The notes below the pieces were generated by a model. It saw only the letters and a list, made by a program, of their open reading frames with translations. It did not search any database and had not been told where the DNA came from. DNA of 64,000 nucleotides. It comes from Candidatus Micrarchaeia archaeon (GTDB lineage Archaea; Micrarchaeota; Micrarchaeia; CABMEP01). The DNA is taken from positions 192,001 through 256,000 of the forward strand of contig JAVZXS010000001.1 in the NCBI GenBank assembly GCA_038886535.1. The letters are read 5' to 3'. Positions within the stretch are counted from its first letter, which is position 1. Each line of letters starts with the position of its first letter. This document shows positions 20,245-29,805 of the stretch, one piece after another. Position numbers and translations under genes: made by a program.

Positions 20245-21225
20245 ATGAGAATAACACTTTCAGATGGAAGAGTATTAGGTATAGAAACATCTAAAGATGC
20301 AGATATAGTGTATATATCACATGCTCATTCTGATCATTCTAGAAAGGGAAACATATTTTCATCGCAGCAAACCTTCGATCTTCTTAATTTAGATGGAAAG
20401 ACGTCGATATTACATAAAATAGATAAAGATGTTAATCTATACCCTGCAGGACATATTCTTGGCTCTACTCAAATAGAATTTACAAATGGCCATTCGGTTG
20501 TATATACTGGAGATATGAAACTTAGAGAAGGTTTTACTAGTGAGAGAGCAGAAATAATAAGATGTGATGAGTTACATATAGATTGTACATTTGGCCATCC
20601 TGATTTTGAATTTGATTCAAAAGAGGTAATTGCTGATAGAATAGACAGATGGACAAGAACAAGGTTAATGGTCGGGAATAATGTAGTTTTTGGAGCCTAT
20701 TCAACAGGAAAGGCACAGGAGCTTATCTATATATTAAACAAGTATTCAAATATTACTCCTGTCGTTGATCAAAGCATAGAAGAAAAATGTAAAATATACG
20801 AAAAATATGGAATAAGGCTTGATAGAGTTGTTATTGGTAGTAAAGAAGCTGCTGAAATAATGAAAGATAAGTTTGTTTATATAATTCCATTTAATCTTGT
20901 TAATCCACAATCCGAAAAATGGTTAACTACTCAATATAAACAAGTTTCATTTGCAATTGTTACAGGTTGGGCTAAGAAATATAGATATAAGTATCATGCT
21001 TTTCCTTTAAGCGATCATGCAGGTTTCTCTGAAATATTAGCTTATATTGAGGAGTCTGATGCAAAAGAGATTATTTGTCATTATGGAAATGCTATGTTTA
21101 TGAGTAAATACTTACGCTCAAAAGGTTATAATTCATTCACAGATAAAGAATGGGAATACAGAAATAGATTTAATGAACCTTTAACAAAAAGTTCAATTAA
21201 AGAACAATTAACGATTTCAATTTGA
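20245..21225 (+). CDS. Metallo-beta-lactamase/beta-CASP nuclease
   Basis: SHAHSDH, AGHILGS, YTGD, DCTF, GKAQE and LSDHA motifs. Confidence 0.82.
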   Translation: MRITLSDGRVLGIETSKDADIVYISHAHSDHSRKGNIFSSQQTFDLLNLDGKTSILHKIDKDVNLYPAGHILGSTQIEFTNGHSVVYTGDMKLREGFTSERAEIIRCDELHIDCTFGHPDFEFDSKEVIADRIDRWTRTRLMVGNNVVFGAYSTGKAQELIYILNKYSNITPVVDQSIEEKCKIYEKYGIRLDRVVIGSKEAAEIMKDKFVYIIPFNLVNPQSEKWLTTQYKQVSFAIVTGWAKKYRYKYHAFPLSDHAGFSEILAYIEESDAKEIICHYGNAMFMSKYLRSKGYNSFTDKEWEYRNRFNEPLTKSSIKEQLTISI

Positions 21226-21250
21226 AGTTGATCTAACTTTACTCTTAAAT

Positions 21251-22297
21251 TTAGCAGCTCATATGTTTCCTTAAAAATTTGTAAGCATAAATTATTGAAC
21301 TTATTAATCCAATTGTTTCAATTATATTTTCTTTCCATTTTTTAAGGTCTCCATGTATGCCTTTTCCTGGTATTAAAACAAGCTCTACTTTTTTATTTTC
21401 TTGCTTTAGTGTTTTATATATCTTCAATGAACCAGTAACTGGAACTATATCATCCATGATACCATGTTCGATTAATAACGGTACTTTTAAATCCTTACAA
21501 TAAGTAATTGGTGATCCATTAGTAAACAGATAACTATCAGAAGTATCGGTTATTCCTAGACTTTCAACATATTTATTATAATCCGATAAAACTCTACGAG
21601 TATTTTCAGGTATATCTCTTTCTTTAAGTTTGTTTTTCATATAATTAAATTGCTCTGCTAAATCATCAAAAGGTGAAATAGATATTCCACATTTGATGTT
21701 ATGTCTTTCTACGAACTCTTGTGAAGAACAGGCTTTGTACACAATAATGTTTCCACCACTAAGTCCAATTATTGCACTTTTATTCTCTAGCAGTTCTTTT
21801 TCTTGATATTTAGTTTTAAGAAAATCAAATGCATCCATGTAATCTTCTGCCTCTGTGCTTTTTAGTTCATTTCTTGATCTTACGCTAAATACACGATAAC
21901 CAAGACAGGCAATAATTTTACCAACCATTGAAAAGTTAAAAAGATCTCTTTTATATCCGCTATCAAACGCAATTAGAGGTAAAGGATTTTTTGTATCTGA
22001 ACTGTATATTATTCCTTCTATGGCTTCTTTATTTCTATTGAGGTACCAGAACCGCTTAGATTTTATTTCATTTATTTTTCTTAACTTCAAGATTACACTT
22101 GGAAGATAAAATGTAGTTTGAAGAGTAAAGTTAATCAAAGAAGGAGTATCATTTATCACATATATATCTTCTATTTTTTTCTTTCTATATGTTTGATTAA
22201 AAAATTCGCCTATTTGTTCTATTGCTAATTTTATGATTTTAAATACATTTTGATTATTTTCATTGGAAATTTCATTTTTTAATTTGTATTTTGCCAT
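21251..22297 (-). CDS. Alpha/beta hydrolase (peptidase S9/esterase-like)
   Basis: GLSGG nucleophile elbow, HGIMDDIVP and GIHG give a Ser-Asp-His triad. Confidence 0.75.
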   Translation of the reverse strand: MAKYKLKNEISNENNQNVFKIIKLAIEQIGEFFNQTYRKKKIEDIYVINDTPSLINFTLQTTFYLPSVILKLRKINEIKSKRFWYLNRNKEAIEGIIYSSDTKNPLPLIAFDSGYKRDLFNFSMVGKIIACLGYRVFSVRSRNELKSTEAEDYMDAFDFLKTKYQEKELLENKSAIIGLSGGNIIVYKACSSQEFVERHNIKCGISISPFDDLAEQFNYMKNKLKERDIPENTRRVLSDYNKYVESLGITDTSDSYLFTNGSPITYCKDLKVPLLIEHGIMDDIVPVTGSLKIYKTLKQENKKVELVLIPGKGIHGDLKKWKENIIETIGLISSIIYAYKFLRKHMSC

Positions 22298-22434
22298 ATG
22301 AAAATAAAACATTTGGTATATATAAATATTATTTAAAGGCTACAATTTGGTTTGTTGAAAATTGTGTAATTAATCAGAAAAAATAAAAAAACAAAAAAAG
22401 AAACCCACAAGGATTTATTAACGCATTGTGAATT

Positions 22435-22680
22435 TTATATTTTTTCTCCTACTGCGCTTTTTCCACGAACTTGTGTTATTTTTACTTTACAAGATTCTCC
22501 TGCAGATGTTCCAGGGACGAATATAACAAATCCTTGGATTTTTCCTATTCCATCTCCCTTCCCACCAACAGCTTCTATTGTAAGGTCGACTTCGTCACCT
22601 TCCTTTACAGGTTTAGGTGCAAAATTTCCGCGGCCGCGGAATCTTCCGCGTCTGAATCCGCCACGTCTTTCTTCTTCCAT
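22435..22680 (-). CDS. Single TRAM-domain RNA-binding protein
   Basis: PVKEGDEVDLTIEAVGGKGDGIGKIQGFVIFVPG with an RG-rich N-terminus. Confidence 0.9.
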   Translation of the reverse strand: MEEERRGGFRRGRFRGRGNFAPKPVKEGDEVDLTIEAVGGKGDGIGKIQGFVIFVPGTSAGESCKVKITQVRGKSAVGEKI

Positions 22681-22929
22681 TATTTCACACTCCAGATTCT
22701 GTCTTTAGTGGGACGTATTCTTTTTCTCAATCAAGCAAAGCAAAATCAGCAATCATCTTAGATGTACTGTTTGTTTTCTTGTGAGAATTAGTATTTTAAT
22801 CCCACATACTTTGTAATATAATATCAGATAATGTTTATATATCTATGTATCTTTTATGTGCAGCCTGATTGTAATTATTAAGTTTTTAAATTTAATCTGA
22901 CATTAATTAATAGAAGATAGGGTGGTATT

Positions 22930-23613
22930 TTGCCAAATAACAAAAAAGATGAGAAACTAGATATTCAAGAGGAAACAGCTTCTTTTTTAGACATTAATCC
23001 AAAAGAGATGAAACGTTCTCTAATTTCAAATATAAAGAAACAATTAATTCTTTTTTCTATATCTCCCTTTACTACAGATGTCGTTCTTTCATATAAAATA
23101 GTCTATGATTTTCTAACTTCAAATCCAAATAAAAAGGCAGTATGGTTTTCAATCGACAAGCCAGTTAACAAAGTTGTTAAGGAATTCAAAGATAATGGAT
23201 TTGATATTCAAGACCATAGCGAAAGAATAATCTTTATTGATGCAATTAGTAAACCAATTGCAGATTCAAAGAATAATAAAAATTTTACTGTCAACTTTAT
23301 AGAAAATCCGGACAATCTAGTTGAGATCTCAATGACGCTTCAAGATATATTTTCCGATCCGGCAATTGAAATTGCAGTGATTGATTCTTTAAATGGACTT
23401 CTCGCATTCAACAGTGAAAAAAATGTGTTAAAATTTATGCGTTTCTTATCAACTATTGCAGAAGAAACAGACACAGCCATTATATCAGTTTTTTATAAAG
23501 ATGAATATCCTAAGGAATTAGAATCAGCATTTCAAATTCCTTGTGATGGATTGCTTCAAGTAAACGAAGATAAAATAGTCTTAAAAAAGAAATTAGAGAC
23601 AATAACAATTTGA
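22930..23613 (+). CDS. RecA/KaiC-fold protein, probably an inactive ATPase
   Basis: IIFIDAIS and AVIDSLNGLL Walker-B-like segments; no intact Walker A. Confidence 0.6.
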   Translation: MPNNKKDEKLDIQEETASFLDINPKEMKRSLISNIKKQLILFSISPFTTDVVLSYKIVYDFLTSNPNKKAVWFSIDKPVNKVVKEFKDNGFDIQDHSERIIFIDAISKPIADSKNNKNFTVNFIENPDNLVEISMTLQDIFSDPAIEIAVIDSLNGLLAFNSEKNVLKFMRFLSTIAEETDTAIISVFYKDEYPKELESAFQIPCDGLLQVNEDKIVLKKKLETITI

Positions 23614-23652
23614 CTTATATATGGTCATAGTTGTTATTGATAGAGTGATTTA

Positions 23653-24693
23653 ATGAAAAGATTTATTCTATTGCTTGCTTTTTGTATGATTTTTCTTCCA
23701 TCAATTCATTTACAAATAGCAAATGAGCAGCTCTTTGTAAGTATCAAATCAATAGACACGATTATTAATATAAATTCAACCACAAATTTAAGTAAAATAA
23801 TCCCTAATTACGAATATATTATTCCAATAACAATTAGTTGGAATGTTCCTGATACTTCTCTAAAAAATATAAATGCGGAAAATATTACTATATTTATTAA
23901 AGCCACAATTGAAAGCGGAAATGAATTTGTCTATTTTAAAGATGACAATAAAAGAGTTAATACTAGCTATATTATACTAGTTTGTCATCTAGATAAAAAA
24001 TCATTAAGTGAGTCATTATGTAGTTTTAATTCAAGCTTGACAAAATCAATAAATGCCTATGTTTATTTAAACAGTTCAAAATCAAATGAAATAAATTCAA
24101 CTATACTTTTTAGTGCAAGTTTAACTCCATTTGAGGATTTTATTCCAATATATCAAGAATCTCTGTCTCTTCGAAAAGAATTGGATGAAATTAAAAAGAA
24201 TGTAAACATTTCAGATCCAGTACTAGAAACTAAAATTAACGAAATAGAGGAAGCCATCAACGCTTTTCATGTAGAAGAAGCAAGAACAGGAATTACAGAT
24301 CTTAATTTAAAGACAGGAAATCTACTTGGTTTATTTTCTTTGATACCTGCTAAAATTAATTCACTTTTGATGTCGCTCTTTAGTTTCTTAGCTCCAACTT
24401 CAAAAGTTTATATTCCAATTTTCTTATCAATTATAATAATTATATCTGCTCTGATTCTAAATCTAAGAAGAGGATCAAAATACGGAATAATAATAGCTGC
24501 AATATTGGTTATTTTTGCATCTTTATTTTCATTATTAGACCAATTAATTTTGATTTTAATTGATTTATTACTAGTTATATTAATTCTTTCTATCATATAT
24601 GCCAGAAAAAATAACGGTAAGAGAAGATTCAGAGCAAGCGACAATTATTTAGATTCTGATTATGAGGAACTTATAAAGAGAAGAAATAGGTAA
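23653..24693 (+). CDS. Membrane protein with an extracellular N-terminal domain
   Basis: Signal peptide and about three C-terminal TM helices. Confidence 0.6.
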   Translation: MKRFILLLAFCMIFLPSIHLQIANEQLFVSIKSIDTIININSTTNLSKIIPNYEYIIPITISWNVPDTSLKNINAENITIFIKATIESGNEFVYFKDDNKRVNTSYIILVCHLDKKSLSESLCSFNSSLTKSINAYVYLNSSKSNEINSTILFSASLTPFEDFIPIYQESLSLRKELDEIKKNVNISDPVLETKINEIEEAINAFHVEEARTGITDLNLKTGNLLGLFSLIPAKINSLLMSLFSFLAPTSKVYIPIFLSIIIIISALILNLRRGSKYGIIIAAILVIFASLFSLLDQLILILIDLLLVILILSIIYARKNNGKRRFRASDNYLDSDYEELIKRRNR

Positions 24694-24714
24694 GTAAGAA
24701 TCTAAAAATATAAT

Positions 24715-25005
24715 GGAGCGGCAGACTATAGTCGATCTTTTGTATATGCAGCATTCGACTAAGCGGCTCAAAGGCCTTGCATCTCATCGTGTGATGTGAG
24801 TCGTTTCATTCAACTGTATCGTCTCCTTTCGTCATTCTCATCCTTTACAGTTGATTCGTTTCTAGTCTCACATCATGCCCTTAAAGCATTTTTTCACTCG
24901 ATGGATCGAACTTCCTCAGAAATAACAGAGTTTTTCGAACTCTTTAGCACATCTGCTATTTGAGATCGATAACTGTTATTTCCGTTAGCTGCAGTCCACC
25001 ACTCC
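24715..25005 (-). ncRNA. rnpB: RNase P RNA (reduced, type-M-like)
   Basis: Minus strand: P1 GGAGTGGTGGACT/AGTCTGCCGCTCC; P2 TGCAGC/GCTGCA; CR-I GAGGAAGTTCGATC pairs with CR-V ACAAAAGATCGAC (P4 with bulged U); CR-II/III-like AGAAAC and TGAAAC; CCGCTTAGTCGAATG. Confidence 0.88.
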
Positions 25006-25094
25006 AAAGTATTTACTAAATCAGAGTATATAAATCTAACTTTTAATCTAAAAATTGTAAGCAAAGATAAATAGAACAAATTAAAAAGAAATCG

Positions 25095-25286
25095 TTAATC
25101 TTTTGTACCTAGTGCTTTGGAGATTATATCTAAGATACAGAATCCAGTAAATGCACCCTGTATCATCATCAAAGCCACAAAAGCAGCGAGTGCAATACCT
25201 ATGGTTACATTACCACTATAAGCCAAAAACGCCCCTATAAGAATAAGTAATCCTCTTCCAAGGTCCCTAATTTGTGCCATTTTCAT
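25095..25286 (-). CDS. Small membrane protein, DUF2892/YgaP-like
   Basis: Two TM helices then GAFTGFCIL; GGTGGAG SD. Confidence 0.7.
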   Translation of the reverse strand: MKMAQIRDLGRGLLILIGAFLAYSGNVTIGIALAAFVALMMIQGAFTGFCILDIISKALGTKD

Positions 25287-25314
25287 ATTTTCTCCACCTT
25301 CGCAATGTTTTTAG

Positions 25315-25389
25315 CGGGCCCGAGGGGATTTGAACCCCTGACCTGCCGGTTAAAAGCCGGACGCTCTGGCCAAGCTGAGCTACGGGCCC
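25315..25389 (-). tRNA. tRNA-Lys(TTT)
   Basis: Reverse complement GGGCCCG..CCGG-CT-TTT-AA-CCGG..TTCAAAT..CGGGCCCG; no intron. Confidence 0.96.
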
Positions 25390-25929
25390 ATAAAGATATA
25401 AAAGAGATTAGTAAATATTATTGCCAGATTATTTTATTAAATGTTTCTATTTTAACTAAACGGACGTTAGAAATTTTTGTATATTATTTTTGTTATTTTT
25501 ATATGTAGTTTTCAAAGAAAGATGAAAGAATCAGCTAGTTTGGAAAAGGACATTAAATTTCAAAAATCAATTTCTGAGAATATCGATGATAAATTTAGTA
25601 AGATACTTCCTTTAGGAATAGTTGATTTTTGTTTAAAATCTGATGAGCCAATAGATTTTTCTTTTATTATATCTAATGGAATTGATAATATTAAAATTAT
25701 TCGATTAAATTCATACAAATGATAATTTTTTCCTTTGTTGCAAGAAAAACATGCAAGCAAATAAAAATAACTTTATAAGAAAGATATCTAAAACAGATGA
25801 ATTGTGCCACAATGCAGAAATTATGACTTTGAAAACGCTTTTAATTACTTATGCATATGCTTCTAGTCATGATCCATTTAAAATAGATTCAATTCAAGAT
25901 AAAATAAAATTAGAAGTTAGTTCAGTCTG

Positions 25930-27399
25930 TTATATTTCTATCTTCTTAAATAGCATTACTGCTTTTAATTCATGCCCTTCTTTTAGAACTGGTTTTTCAA
26001 CATCTTTCCATTCAGGTTTTATACCGAGTGATTCACATGCGATTTTTCCAGAATTTGGCATGAATGGATAATATAAAAGTACAGATGTCCTAAGAAGCTG
26101 AGCTCCGAAATTAAGGACTGAACCTGCCTTTTCTTTATCTTCCTTAATTATTTTCCAAGGTTCATTTTCTTGGATGTATTTATTTGCGATTGTTGAAACC
26201 TCTACTGCAGTTGAAAGCGCTTTTGTAAGTTCATATTCCTGCATTTCGCTTTCATATCTTTTTACAAGAGAGGAGATCTGATTAAGAATTTCATTTTCCT
26301 TTTCGCCATATTTTGCTGAAGGAAGCTTTCCATTATAGTTTTTCTGTATAAAGGAAGTTATTCTATAGAAAAGATTGCTATAATTTGCAACAACCTCGTT
26401 ATTTATTCTCTCTTTAAGTGCAACTTCTGAGAAATCTCCATCCTCACCAAGAGAAATGTCTCTTAACATGTAATATCTAATTCCATCAATTGTATATTTT
26501 TCAGAGAGACTAACAGGGTCTATTACATTTCCTAAAGATTTAGACATCTTTTGACCGTTTACTGTAAAGAATCCATGCACATACATAGTTTTTGGTAGAG
26601 GATATCCTGCAGACATCAGCATACCTATCCAAGTTATGCAATGGAATCTCGCAATATCTTTTCCAAGAAGTTGGACCTCTGGTGGCCAGTATTTTTCAGG
26701 TAATAGATAATTAATCAATGCATCAAACCATACCCAAAACTTGTGATCCTTGTCTATAGGAAGATCTATTCCCCATTTTAAACCTGGTCTTGAGATAGAT
26801 GTATCAATTAAACCTTGCTTAAGGAAGCTAATTATTTCATTTCTTCTTTTTTCTGGCTTTATGAAATCAGGGTTTTTTTCTATATGTTCCAATATCTTGT
26901 CTCTATACTTAGATAGTTTAAAATAGTAATTTTCTTCTCTTATCTTCTTTAGCTGTTTTTTGTGAATAGGACACAACCCATCTGGTGCATCTTTTTCCAG
27001 TTTAAACTCTTCACATCCGTCGCAATATAATCCTTCATACACTCCTTTATATATATCTCCCTTTTCATAGATTTTGGTAAAGAACTTGATAACATTTTTC
27101 TTATGTCTTTCCTCTGTAGTTCTTATGAAGTCATCATAAGTAAGATTTAGCTTCTGCCACGCGTTTTTCCATTTTTCAGCCATTTCATCTGTGTATTTTT
27201 GTATATCACTGTATCCCTTTGCCTCTGCAGCCTGAACCGTCTTTACTGAATTTTCATCAAGTCCAGTTAAGAAGAAAGTATCGTCCCCTTTCATTCTATG
27301 CCATATTGCAAGAATGTCTGCAATTATTGTAGTGTATGCGCTTCCAATATGTGGTAGATCATTAATATAATATATTGGAGTTGTAACATAGAATTTCAT
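25930..27399 (-). CDS. metG: Methionine--tRNA ligase (short, single-knuckle type)
   Basis: TTPIYYINDLPHIGSAY (HIGH), YCDGCE..CPIH, WVWFDAL, GKDI, KMSKS. Confidence 0.95.
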   Translation of the reverse strand: MKFYVTTPIYYINDLPHIGSAYTTIIADILAIWHRMKGDDTFFLTGLDENSVKTVQAAEAKGYSDIQKYTDEMAEKWKNAWQKLNLTYDDFIRTTEERHKKNVIKFFTKIYEKGDIYKGVYEGLYCDGCEEFKLEKDAPDGLCPIHKKQLKKIREENYYFKLSKYRDKILEHIEKNPDFIKPEKRRNEIISFLKQGLIDTSISRPGLKWGIDLPIDKDHKFWVWFDALINYLLPEKYWPPEVQLLGKDIARFHCITWIGMLMSAGYPLPKTMYVHGFFTVNGQKMSKSLGNVIDPVSLSEKYTIDGIRYYMLRDISLGEDGDFSEVALKERINNEVVANYSNLFYRITSFIQKNYNGKLPSAKYGEKENEILNQISSLVKRYESEMQEYELTKALSTAVEVSTIANKYIQENEPWKIIKEDKEKAGSVLNFGAQLLRTSVLLYYPFMPNSGKIACESLGIKPEWKDVEKPVLKEGHELKAVMLFKKIEI

Positions 27400-27646
27400 T
27401 CTATCCCCTGTTCATAATCACCAGAAATATGGTTATAAAAAATATATAAATTACACAATATATTTATCAGTTGATATATTTTATAATTTAACTGTTTAAT
27501 TCGTCTGTTCAAATAAGTTATTAATTTATTCGAATAAAGATTATTAGTAGTGGGGGGTCAGATTAAGTTTATTAAGATATCGCTGTTGAAATTTTAAATG
27601 TTTAAAGTATCTTTATTTTCTAGTCTGTGATATTTAATGTGATAAA

Positions 27647-29689
27647 ATGATTCAACCAGATCTTTCTCCAATAACTCAAAAATTCGAAGAATTCTTTACA
27701 GACAAATATAGTAAGGAGTTTCAGATCTTGAAGAATCTTTATCCGGAGAAAAGAAGTTTTTATTTTTCATATAAAGAATTGCACAAATATGACCATGAAT
27801 TCGCAGAGAAATTAATTGACAATCCAGATACATATTTAAAGGCAGCAGAATTAGCTCTCATTTCTATGGCTGGAGAAGAAAAGAAAAACTTTGAACCTCA
27901 TGCGAGAGTTGAAGAAGTTGAGACAGCTGAAAAAACAGTTCTAATTCAAGACATAGGATCAGAACATATTCATAAATTGATAAGTGTAACAGGTGTGGTA
28001 ACAAAACGTGCAGAAATAAGACCAAAAGTGAATGTTGCAATTTATAATTGTACAAACTGTGGAAATACTGAGAAGGTTGTAATGGAGAAAGGAGTATATA
28101 TTCCAGATACATGTAGCAACTGTAGAAAAAGAACTCTTGAACTTGATGAAAAAGCCTCAAAATTTATGAATATTCAGCGTGCAGAAATACAAGAACTTCT
28201 TGAAAGAGTAAGGAGCGGTTCTCCAGCAAGCCATATCGAGCTTTTCTTAGATGATGATCTTTGTAATACAATAATCCCTGGGGATACAATTGAAGTTGTA
28301 GGAATTGTAAGATTAAGGCACGTAGGTAAGGCAAAAGATCCTATCTATTCAAAGTATATAGATGTAGTTTCAATAAGAAATACTCAAAGAGAATTTGAAG
28401 AAGTTGAATTGACAAAAGAAGATATTAAAAAAATACAGGAATTTGCAAGGCAACCTAATGTATTTGAGATAATAACTAACTCAATTGCTCCTTCAATTTA
28501 TGGTCATAGAGAGATGAAGCAAGCAATTGCACTTCAATTATTTGGAGGGAATCCAGATAAAGTTCTTCCAGAAGGTGGAAGAATAAGAAGTGACATCCAT
28601 ATATTATTAATAGGAGATCCTGGTGCTGCAAAGACAAGGATGCTTCAATATGTGACTTCATTGGCACCTAAGAGCATTTATGTAAGTGGTAAGTCGGTAT
28701 CAGGGGTAGGTCTTACTGCGAGTGCAGAGAAAGACGATTTAGGAGAGGGCTGGACGCTCAAGGCAGGAGCATTAGTCCTTGCATCAGGAGGTCTTGCAGC
28801 TGTCGATGAGTTTGATAAAATAGACGATACAGAAAGAGCAGCTCTCCATGAAGTAATGGAGTCTGGAACCGTTTCAATAGCAAAAGCAGGAATTGTTGCT
28901 AAGTTCAAGGCAAAAACATCAATTCTTGCAGCTGCAAATCCTAAATTCGGAAGATTTGATCCTAATCAGCTTATTGCAATTCAATTCGATATTCCACCAA
29001 CTCTTCAAAGTAGATTTGATTTAATATTTCCAATTAGAGATGTAATAGATGAGAATTCAGATAGAAAATTAGCAAGATACCTTTTAGAAACACACAAAAA
29101 TGCAGCAGAGAATATAATTCCAGAGTCTAAAGAAGAAAAAGTTGATACTGATTTCTTGAGGAAGTATATTGCTTACGCACGGAAAAACATCAAGCCTAAA
29201 CTATCACCAGAAGCTCAGAATAGGATCGAGTCATTTTATGTTCAATTAAGAGAGATGGGTAAAAGACAGGGTGCAGTTCCAATTACTCCGCGTCAAATTG
29301 AAGGTATAATTCGTTTAAGCGAGGCAAGTGCAAAGTCAAGGCTGTCTGAAGTTGTTGAGCTTAGAGACGCAGAGCTTGCAATTAGCTTAATGGAATATGT
29401 ACTAAAAGAGATTGCTTTGGATAGAAGCACAGGTGCAATCAACATAGATATAATTGCAACAGGTCAACCTAAATCAAAACAGCAACAGTACTATGATTTA
29501 TATGGTGCTATGAGGGAATTAAGCAAGCAATTTGATCCAATACCTAAAGAAAAAATATACGAAGAAGGAATTAACAACCTGAAGCTTGAAGAAAGAACAA
29601 TAAGAATGATTTTGGATGAAATGCTTAAGAAAGGAGAGATCTTTGAACCTAAGCCAGGCCACTTTAAGATAGTGCACACGTATGAATAA
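27647..29689 (+). CDS. mcm: MCM replicative helicase
   Basis: Zn finger CTNC/CSNC, Walker A GDPGAAKT, Walker B VDEFDK, Arg finger SRFD. Confidence 0.97.
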   Translation: MIQPDLSPITQKFEEFFTDKYSKEFQILKNLYPEKRSFYFSYKELHKYDHEFAEKLIDNPDTYLKAAELALISMAGEEKKNFEPHARVEEVETAEKTVLIQDIGSEHIHKLISVTGVVTKRAEIRPKVNVAIYNCTNCGNTEKVVMEKGVYIPDTCSNCRKRTLELDEKASKFMNIQRAEIQELLERVRSGSPASHIELFLDDDLCNTIIPGDTIEVVGIVRLRHVGKAKDPIYSKYIDVVSIRNTQREFEEVELTKEDIKKIQEFARQPNVFEIITNSIAPSIYGHREMKQAIALQLFGGNPDKVLPEGGRIRSDIHILLIGDPGAAKTRMLQYVTSLAPKSIYVSGKSVSGVGLTASAEKDDLGEGWTLKAGALVLASGGLAAVDEFDKIDDTERAALHEVMESGTVSIAKAGIVAKFKAKTSILAAANPKFGRFDPNQLIAIQFDIPPTLQSRFDLIFPIRDVIDENSDRKLARYLLETHKNAAENIIPESKEEKVDTDFLRKYIAYARKNIKPKLSPEAQNRIESFYVQLREMGKRQGAVPITPRQIEGIIRLSEASAKSRLSEVVELRDAELAISLMEYVLKEIALDRSTGAINIDIIATGQPKSKQQQYYDLYGAMRELSKQFDPIPKEKIYEEGINNLKLEERTIRMILDEMLKKGEIFEPKPGHFKIVHTYE

Positions 29690-29805
29690 CTAATCTAACA
29701 ATTGATATGCTTCTAATTTTGAATATTATTTTAAATTTATCATTTCAAATAAAAAATAAGAGAATAATATGAGTTAATGTCAGATTAATTATTTAAGTGA
29801 TTAGA

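Noticed and set aside
24894..25079. 61-aa minus-strand ORF
   Set aside because: Overlaps the 5' part of the RNase P RNA and has no protein motif.
25272..25508. 78-aa plus-strand ORF
   Set aside because: Reads antisense through tRNA-Lys.
27400..27646. Possible replication origin upstream of mcm (AT-rich spacer with a GGGGGG string)
   Set aside because: No ORB consensus (TCCA..GAAAC) or repeated boxes, and no orc1/cdc6 in the window.
27647..29689. Intein in MCM
   Set aside because: Length (680 aa) and contiguous motifs leave no room for an insertion.
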